Below are positions 27,420 through 33,602 of a DNA stretch of 33,602 bases, piece after piece. The notes under the pieces were generated by a model, which saw only the letters and a program-made list of their open reading frames with translations, did no database searches and was not told the DNA's origin. Within the stretch, counting starts at the first letter, position 1. Each line of letters opens with the position of its first letter. The stretch is from Candidatus Limnocylindria bacterium (GTDB lineage: Bacteria; Chloroflexota; Limnocylindria; P2-11E), in contig JBIOUD010000091.1 of assembly GCA_044866725.1 (NCBI GenBank), positions 1 through 33,602 of the forward strand, written 5' to 3'. The position numbers and the translations under genes are program-made.

Positions 27420-28850
27420 ATGCTCGCGATCGAAGCGCGCGGCTGGGGCTGGCGCCACGCCGGCCGTCGCGAGTGGGCCGTGCGCGGTCTCGACCTCCGC
27501 ATCGAAGAAGGCGAGCGCGTCCTGCTCCTGGGCGCGTCGGGCGCGGGGAAGAGCACGCTCCTGCTCGCGCTCGCGGGACTCCTCGATACGACGGGCGGCG
27601 GCGAGAGCGAAGGAACGCTCGTCGTTCGCGGCAAGGATCCACGCGCCACGCGCGACGAGACCGGCATCGTCTTCCAGGATCCCGAGGCCCAGCTCGTCAT
27701 GGCGCGCGCCGGCGACGACATCGCGTTCGGCCTCGAGAACCGCTGCGTGCCCACGGCGGAGATCTGGCCGCGCGTCCACGCGGCGCTCGCGGCGGTCGCG
27801 TTCCCCTACCCCGAGGACCACCGCACCGACGCGCTCTCCGGCGGTGAGAAGCAGCGTCTCGCGATCGCGGGGGCGCTCGCGCTCGAGCCGCGGCTCCTGC
27901 TGCTCGACGAGCCCACCGCGAATCTCGACGCCGTCGGCGCGGGCGAGGTGCGCGGCGTTCTCCGTTCGCTGGCGCGCACGGACGGGCCGACGCTCGTGCT
28001 CGTCGAGCACCGCGTGGCCGACGCGGTACCGCTCGTCGATCGCGTCGTCGTCATCGAGGCCGGCGGCGGGGTGATCGCCGACGGCCGGCCGTCGGACGTC
28101 TTCGCGCGCGAAGGCGAGCGGCTCGCGTCGCTCGGGGTCTGGGTCCCCGGCCACGATCCGGCGCCGCCATCGCGAGCGACGCAGACCGGACCGGCGCGGA
28201 TCCTCGCCGAGGCCACCGACCTCGGCTTCCGCTACCCCGGCGCACCCGCGTGGGCGCTCGTGCACGCGGATGTCGACGTCGGCGGCGGCGAGGCGGTGGC
28301 GCTCAGCGGGCCGAACGGCTCGGGGAAGTCGACGCTCGCGCTCCTCATGGCGGGCCTTCTCCGCCCGGGTCGCGGCGTCGCGCGCCTCGGAGCGGACGAG
28401 GCATGGCGACTGCCGGCCCGACGACTCGTGACGCGCGTCGGCACCGTCTTTCAGGACCCCGAGCACCAGTTCGTGGCGGAGCGCGTCGACGAGGAGCTTG
28501 CGATCGGACCGCGGCGCGCCGGTCGCGGCGACCTCGCCGCGCGGCGCGTCGCGACCGAGCTTCTCGAGCGGCTCCACCTCGCCCACCTCGCCGCGGCGAA
28601 CCCCTTCACGTTGTCCGGCGGCGAGCAGCGACGGCTCTCGGTCGCGACCGCGCTCGCGACAGCCCCTGCGCTCCTCGTGCTCGACGAGCCGACGTTCGGC
28701 CAGGACCGGCGTACCTACACCGAGCTCGTCGTGCTCCTCGCGGCGCATCGCGACGCGGGCGGCGGCGTGCTCTTCGCCACACACGACGCCGACCTCATCG
28801 CGTCGCTCGCCGACCGGACCATCAGCGTGCGGGACGGGCGCGCCGCGTGA
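27420..28850 (+). CDS. ykoD: ECF transporter duplicated ATPase
   Basis: Two ABC domains: GASGAGKST/LSGGEKQR/DEPT and GPNGSGKST/LSGGEQRR/DEPTFGQD. Start ATG 27420. Confidence 0.92.
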   Translation: MLAIEARGWGWRHAGRREWAVRGLDLRIEEGERVLLLGASGAGKSTLLLALAGLLDTTGGGESEGTLVVRGKDPRATRDETGIVFQDPEAQLVMARAGDDIAFGLENRCVPTAEIWPRVHAALAAVAFPYPEDHRTDALSGGEKQRLAIAGALALEPRLLLLDEPTANLDAVGAGEVRGVLRSLARTDGPTLVLVEHRVADAVPLVDRVVVIEAGGGVIADGRPSDVFAREGERLASLGVWVPGHDPAPPSRATQTGPARILAEATDLGFRYPGAPAWALVHADVDVGGGEAVALSGPNGSGKSTLALLMAGLLRPGRGVARLGADEAWRLPARRLVTRVGTVFQDPEHQFVAERVDEELAIGPRRAGRGDLAARRVATELLERLHLAHLAAANPFTLSGGEQRRLSVATALATAPALLVLDEPTFGQDRRTYTELVVLLAAHRDAGGGVLFATHDADLIASLADRTISVRDGRAA

Positions 28851-29602
28851 GGCTGCTCGAGCCGCTCGTCGTCGATCCGCGCGCGCCGCTCGCGCGCATG
28901 CACCCGCTCGCGAAGATCGGCGGCGCGCTCATCATCATGCTCGGACTCCTCATCACGATCGATGTCGTGACGAGCGGGATCGTGCTCGTCGCGATCCTCA
29001 TCGCCATCCGGCTGCTCGGCCTCTCACCGCGCGCCGTCGCGAACCGCGCGACGCCGCTGCTCGTGAGCGCGATCGCGCTCGGGATCTTCAACGCGCTCGT
29101 CGGGACCAGCGGCGCCGCCGGTGGTGTCGCGATCGCGATGCGGCTCATCGGCATCTCGCTGTCCGGCATCGTCGCCGTGGCCGCGGTCGATCCGACCGAA
29201 CTCGCCGACGCGATCGTCGAGCACCTTCACGCGCCGCCGCGCTTCGTCGTCGGCGCGCTCGCCGCGTATCGGCTGTTCCCGCTCTTCTCGCGGCAATGGG
29301 ACACGCTCGGCCTCGCGCGTCGCGCGCGCGGCATCGAAGCGGACCGCACGCTCTGGCAGCGCCTCGCGGCCTTCCCGGACCGCGCCGTCGGCCTCCTCGT
29401 CTCGGCGATCCGACGGGCGACGCGGCTCGCGCTCGCGATGGATGCCCGCGGCTTCGGGTCGCGCGCGTGCCGAACGCTCGCGCGACCGCACGCCTTCGGA
29501 AGCGGTGACATCGCGCTCTTCCTCGCCACGGTCGCGTTGGTCTCCGCGGCGACAGCGACGAGCATCGCGCTCGGTACCTGGCGGCCGCTCCTGACCTTCT
29601 GA
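28847..29602 (+). CDS. ykoC: ECF transporter T component
   Basis: ARRARG and AMDARGF motifs; GTGA overlap with the ATPase gene. Confidence 0.9.
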   Translation: MRLLEPLVVDPRAPLARMHPLAKIGGALIIMLGLLITIDVVTSGIVLVAILIAIRLLGLSPRAVANRATPLLVSAIALGIFNALVGTSGAAGGVAIAMRLIGISLSGIVAVAAVDPTELADAIVEHLHAPPRFVVGALAAYRLFPLFSRQWDTLGLARRARGIEADRTLWQRLAAFPDRAVGLLVSAIRRATRLALAMDARGFGSRACRTLARPHAFGSGDIALFLATVALVSAATATSIALGTWRPLLTF

Positions 29603-29623
29603 TCGGCCGCGCCCGCGGAGCCG

Positions 29624-30622
29624 CTAGAGCGTCGGTGTCTTGATCTCGATCCCGAGCGAGCGCAGTCGTGCGAAGAGCGCTGCCGGTGCGACCTGCGCGT
29701 GCGGGAGCACGACGCCTGGCGGGAACATACCGCCGCGCGCGAGGGCTTCGGCCGCGATGACCGCCGGCTCGACGGCGATGAGGTAGCTGCGACGCGGCGC
29801 GGAGAAGACGTACGCCATGCCGCGCGCCCCCTCGTGTAGCTCGACGGCGAACACACCGCTCCGCCGTCCGAGCCCGGCCGCCCCGATACGCGGCCCGAGC
29901 GCGCGCACGATCGCCGCGAGCGGCGGCACACGCGCGGCGAACGCGAGCGGAGCGTGGCCGAGGAGCGTGTTCGGGTCGACCCAGAACTCCGCGCGCTGGA
30001 TCGAGGGCCACGACCGCGGAAGCAGCACCGACGCGGCGCTCTCGACGAGGCCGCCGATCCGCTCCGACGCCGGGAAGGCACGCTCGTCGCGGTAGCCCGG
30101 GACGAACGTCATGCGGCCGTCGCGCAGCGTGCGCACCGGACGCCCGATCGAGGCGGTCATGCCGCGCACCGTCGCGGGGCTGGCGGTCTCGGCGGAGGCG
30201 GGCGCGATGAAGAGATCGACGCTGTCCGGAGCGCCCATGCCGCTCGCGTTGATGCACGCGCCCGCGATGGCCGCGACCGCGCTGCACGCCGGGAAGAGAC
30301 GGGAGCCGGTCGCCGCGGCGCGCTCCGAGAGCGCGAGCACCGCCTCGCTCCACCCGAGCGATTCGGAGATGTCGACGACGTCGCAGCCCGCGTCGATGGC
30401 CGAGCGCACGAGACGCGTCGTGCGCGCGGCGAACGGGCCGGCCGTGTCCACGACGACATCGCCCGCGCTCAAGGTGTCGAGCAGCGAACCCTCCTCCTCC
30501 GCGTCGAGCTGGAGGTCCGCGCCGCGCCGGGTCGCGATGAGCGGCGTGACGCCGGCGGCCCGCAGACGCTGCGCGACGAGCCGGCCGAAGAAGCCGGCGC
30601 CGACGACGATGACGCGCCTCAC
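29624..30622 (-). CDS. Saccharopine-dehydrogenase-like NAD(P)-binding oxidoreductase
   Basis: Motifs VIVVGAGFFG, VVDTAGPF, CDVVDIS. GTG 30622 overlaps the upstream TGA. Confidence 0.8.
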   Translation of the reverse strand: MRRVIVVGAGFFGRLVAQRLRAAGVTPLIATRRGADLQLDAEEEGSLLDTLSAGDVVVDTAGPFAARTTRLVRSAIDAGCDVVDISESLGWSEAVLALSERAAATGSRLFPACSAVAAIAGACINASGMGAPDSVDLFIAPASAETASPATVRGMTASIGRPVRTLRDGRMTFVPGYRDERAFPASERIGGLVESAASVLLPRSWPSIQRAEFWVDPNTLLGHAPLAFAARVPPLAAIVRALGPRIGAAGLGRRSGVFAVELHEGARGMAYVFSAPRRSYLIAVEPAVIAAEALARGGMFPPGVVLPHAQVAPAALFARLRSLGIEIKTPTL

Positions 30623-31212
30623 GGCGATGGAGCCGTGGGGACGGGCCCGTCGCGCAGGCGACGACCGAGCCAGACGCACCACGGGATGAAGAGCCCGAAG
30701 AGCCCGGCGGTCGCGAGCGCGGTGATGAACGGAGCGTCGATCGCGGTGCCGATCGAGAGGAACGCGCCCGCGGCCCACATGAGCACCGCGTACGCACGCG
30801 CCATCGGTCCGAGCGGCGTCGCGAGCGTGAGGACGACGCCGGCCACCGTGTAGAGGCCGTTCGCGACGGCGCCCGTGAGGAAGAACGCGGCCGGTGCGAC
30901 CGCCGCGTGCCCGTCCGCTCCCGCGACGATCAGCGCGAGCTCAGCGGTCCAGTCCGCGACGATGCCCGCGAGCACGATGAGCAGGGCGACGTGCGGTCCG
31001 CTCACGCGCGCGCGCCACCACACGTAGAACCAGACGAGGGTCACTGCCGCGACCATCCACACGAGCCAGCCGACGCGCCACGCGACGAGGTGCTCGCCGA
31101 TGTAACGGACGCGCTCCTCGATGCTCGGGACGAGCGTCGTGCCTGGCGCGAGCACCAGCGCGAGCACGACGACCGCGGCGAGATTCGCGATCGCGCACGC
31201 GAGGGGCGCCAT
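30619..31212 (-). CDS. Hypothetical multi-pass membrane protein
   Basis: 197 aa with about 6 hydrophobic helices and a Trp-rich WRVGWLVW segment; translationally coupled to the oxidoreductase. Confidence 0.75.
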   Translation of the reverse strand: MAPLACAIANLAAVVVLALVLAPGTTLVPSIEERVRYIGEHLVAWRVGWLVWMVAAVTLVWFYVWWRARVSGPHVALLIVLAGIVADWTAELALIVAGADGHAAVAPAAFFLTGAVANGLYTVAGVVLTLATPLGPMARAYAVLMWAAGAFLSIGTAIDAPFITALATAGLFGLFIPWCVWLGRRLRDGPVPTAPSP

Positions 31213-31240
31213 GCGCGGAATCTACCGCGATACTTGAAGG

Positions 31241-31777
31241 ATGCGACCGGCCATCCGGATCGGAGCGATCGTCGCTGGCGTCCTGCTCGTCGCGATCGGC
31301 TGGTACCTCGGGTCACCGCTCTTCATCCGCACGACCGCGAACGAGGCACTGCCGACCGTCACGGCTAGCGTGAAGACCGCCGCGCCAACAGCGGCGACTT
31401 CCGCGATCGCGACGCCGGCGAGCTCGCTACGGGTGCAGGAGCCGACGGTCCTGCGCCGGGGACAGCTCCAGTACGTCGACGCGCTGCACAACGGCAAGGG
31501 CGCTGTCTTCATCATCGCCGTGGACGCGAAGCAATACCTTCGCTTCGAGGACGTCGCGATCACGAATGCACCGGACGTCCACGTTTACCTCTCGAAGGAC
31601 CGCGGCGGGAAGTGGTCTGAAGCGCAGAGCACGTATCTCGGCCCGCTGAAGGCGACGAACGGTTCGTTCAACTACGAGCTGCCATCGCCGATCGATCTTG
31701 CCGCGTACGGGAGCGTCGTCGTGTGGTGCCGCGCGTTCGCCGTGCTCGTGACCTGGGCCGACCTCGGTCCCGCCTAG
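31241..31777 (+). CDS. DM13-domain membrane-anchored protein
   Basis: N-terminal TM with WYLGSPLF, an Ala/Thr linker, then H.GKG, NAPDVHVYLS, LGPLKATNGSFNY, SVVVWC. Confidence 0.88.
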   Translation: MRPAIRIGAIVAGVLLVAIGWYLGSPLFIRTTANEALPTVTASVKTAAPTAATSAIATPASSLRVQEPTVLRRGQLQYVDALHNGKGAVFIIAVDAKQYLRFEDVAITNAPDVHVYLSKDRGGKWSEAQSTYLGPLKATNGSFNYELPSPIDLAAYGSVVVWCRAFAVLVTWADLGPA

Positions 31778-32439
31778 CCCAGCCGGTAACCCACCCCGCG
31801 CACGTTCACGAGATCGGGTACGCCTGACGCGACGAGCTTCGAGCGCAGGCGCGCGAGGTGCGCCTTCAGCCACTCCGGGTCGGGGTCGCGCTCGTCCGGC
31901 CATCCCGCGCGTAGCAGCGCCTTACGGTCGACCACTTCCCCGGGCCGGGCTGCGAGTGCGGCAAGGAGGCGGAACTCCGTCGGCGTGAGGTCGAGCACGT
32001 CGCCGCCAACGCTCGCTCGATGCGTGCGCGGATCGACGGAGAGCTTCCCGACCTTCGCGGCGTTGGCCCGCGACGGCGCCGGAGCGCGACGGAGCAGCGC
32101 GCGCACGCGCGCCGAGAGCTCGCGCTTGCTGAACGGCTTCTCGAGGTAGTCGTCGGCGCCGAGGTCGAGGAGCCGCGCGCGCTCCTCGCTGCCCTTCTCG
32201 CCGGTGAGCATGAGGATCGGCGTGCTCGACGCGGCGCGGATCGCGCGGCACACCTCGTCGCCCGACATCCGCGGGAGCTTGCGATCGAGGATGACGAGGT
32301 CGGGGTGTTCGTCGGTGTGGCGCCGGAGCGCGGTCTCGCCGTCATACGCGGTCACGATCTGGTGCCCGTCCTCACCGAGGAGCGCGCCGACCATGCCGAC
32401 CATCGCGGGCTCGTCGTCGACGACGAGGATCGTCGTCAC
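31774..32439 (-). CDS. OmpR/PhoB-family response regulator
   Basis: Motifs ILVVDDE, LVILD, ADDYLEKPF, LTPTEF, NVRGVGY. Confidence 0.93.
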   Translation of the reverse strand: MTTILVVDDEPAMVGMVGALLGEDGHQIVTAYDGETALRRHTDEHPDLVILDRKLPRMSGDEVCRAIRAASSTPILMLTGEKGSEERARLLDLGADDYLEKPFSKRELSARVRALLRRAPAPSRANAAKVGKLSVDPRTHRASVGGDVLDLTPTEFRLLAALAARPGEVVDRKALLRAGWPDERDPDPEWLKAHLARLRSKLVASGVPDLVNVRGVGYRLG

Positions 32440-33602
32440 GACTTCGCGAGCGGCACGCTGAAGGCGAATGTGCCGCCGCGCGCGCCTTCCTCATACCAGA
32501 TGTCCCCGCCGTGCGCCTCGATGACGCGGCGCGACGCGAAGAGGCCGATGCCGGTCCCCGCGACGCCGTTGTGCTCGCCACGCGCGTACGGCTCGAAGAG
32601 CCTGGGCCGCTCGTTCGGCGGGACGCCGGGACCTTCATCCGAGACGCGCACGATCGCGCGATCCGCCTTCGCCTCGAGCCTCACGCGGATGCGCGTCTTC
32701 TCCGGCGCGTACTTCGTCGCGTTGTGCACGAGGCCGGCGAGAACGTCGCCGACGCGACGGCGGTCGCCCCGCACCCAGATCGGCGCGCCGGTGCGCGGCG
32801 CGATGAGCCGGTGACGCCGTCCGAGCGGTGCGAGCTCCATGAGTGTGTTCCCGGCGACGACGCGCAGATCGAAACGCGTTCGCCGCAGGGTGAGGTTCGG
32901 CTGATCGATGCGGACACCGGTGAGGATGCGGTCGACGAGCTGATCGAGGCGACCGACCTGCGCGACCGCCTCGTCGATCGGGACCTTGCTTTTCCCGTTC
33001 TTCTCGGCGAGGAGATCGAGGTAGCCGCGAATGACGGACAGCGGCGTGCGTAGATCGTGCGTGACGACGGCGACGAACTCGCTCCGCGCGCGCTCGAGCT
33101 CGCGCAGGCTCTCCGTCGTCTCGCGCTCGAGTGCATACAGGGAGGCCTTGTCGATCGCGAGCGCGGCCTGGTTCGCGAGCGTGCCGACGAACGCGACCTC
33201 CTCGTCCTCGACCGTCGTGCCGGCGGGGACCTCCAGCGCGACCGCGCCGAGGAGTCGCTCGCCCGCGAGGAGCGGGATGGCGACGTGTTCGCCCTCGACG
33301 ATCGGGCGCGCCTCGCTCACCGCGCGCTTGGCGATCTGCGCGATCGCCTTGCCGGGCTCGCCGGTGCGCGCGCGCTCACGCAGGTCGTCGTCGTCGCGCA
33401 GGAACATCGCGCCGGCGGCGCCCGGATACACCCGGACGAGCCGGTCGAGGATGAGCGCGAGCACCTCGTCGAGCTCGAGCGTCGACGTGAGCACGTTCGA
33501 CACTTCGAACAGGGCGGAGACCTCGCGCAGCTTGCGCTCGGCCTCGCGCTGCAGCCGGCCCTTCTCGATGATCCCGGCGACCTGGTTCGCGATCGTCTGC
33601 AG
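32436..33602 (-). CDS. GAF-domain sensor histidine kinase, 5'-truncated by the window edge
   Basis: The open frame continues to the window end (LQTIANQVAGIIEK...). GAF helix LANQAALAI, H-box THDLRTPL, NATKY, DEGPG, GTGIGL. Confidence 0.92.
   Translation of the reverse strand: MQTIANQVAGIIEKGRLQREAERKLREVSALFEVSNVLTSTLELDEVLALILDRLVRVYPGAAGAMFLRDDDDLRERARTGEPGKAIAQIAKRAVSEARPIVEGEHVAIPLLAGERLLGAVALEVPAGTTVEDEEVAFVGTLANQAALAIDKASLYALERETTESLRELERARSEFVAVVTHDLRTPLSVIRGYLDLLAEKNGKSKVPIDEAVAQVGRLDQLVDRILTGVRIDQPNLTLRRTRFDLRVVAGNTLMELAPLGRRHRLIAPRTGAPIWVRGDRRRVGDVLAGLVHNATKYAPEKTRIRVRLEAKADRAIVRVSDEGPGVPPNERPRLFEPYARGEHNGVAGTGIGLFASRRVIEAHGGDIWYEEGARGGTFAFSVPLAKS

Noticed and set aside
1-33602. 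CRISPR arrays, IS/transposases, integrases, tRNA/rRNA, defence systems
   Set aside because: No regularly spaced repeats, terminal inverted repeats, recombinase or nuclease motifs, or cloverleaf structures were seen, and composition looks uniform by eye.

Overview
High-GC bacterial chromosomal window of mostly housekeeping and metabolic genes, with no mobile element, CRISPR array or rRNA/tRNA recognised. The gene style would fit Chloroflexota or another high-GC monoderm lineage, but this is only an impression. In order it contains: a partial family-5 ABC substrate-binding lipoprotein; a long minus-strand run (pth, mfd, HAD nucleotidase, small membrane protein, His-phosphatase, apt, GNAT, ahcY, metK, membrane protein); a plus-strand hom-ugpAEB-glpD-glpK cluster with convergent ugpQ; an aminotransferase, a 47-aa membrane microprotein, an arginase-family enzyme and an AAA+ ATPase; a methyltransferase; amtB followed by a 39-aa single-TM microprotein where glnK often sits; a TPP riboswitch with thiN-ykoEDC; a saccharopine-dehydrogenase-like gene with a membrane partner; a DM13 protein; and a two-component pair. 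The best leads are: (1) the amtB-linked microprotein; (2) a switch-like, SD-sequestering leader upstream of GNAT-ahcY-metK that resembles no SAM/SAH riboswitch I can recognise; (3) two genes that apparently need non-canonical starts (ATA for glpD, CTG for the phosphatase); (4) a terminator/uORF leader in front of pth-mfd; (5) a TPP expression platform that copies part of its own aptamer; (6) pervasive leaderless-type promoters.
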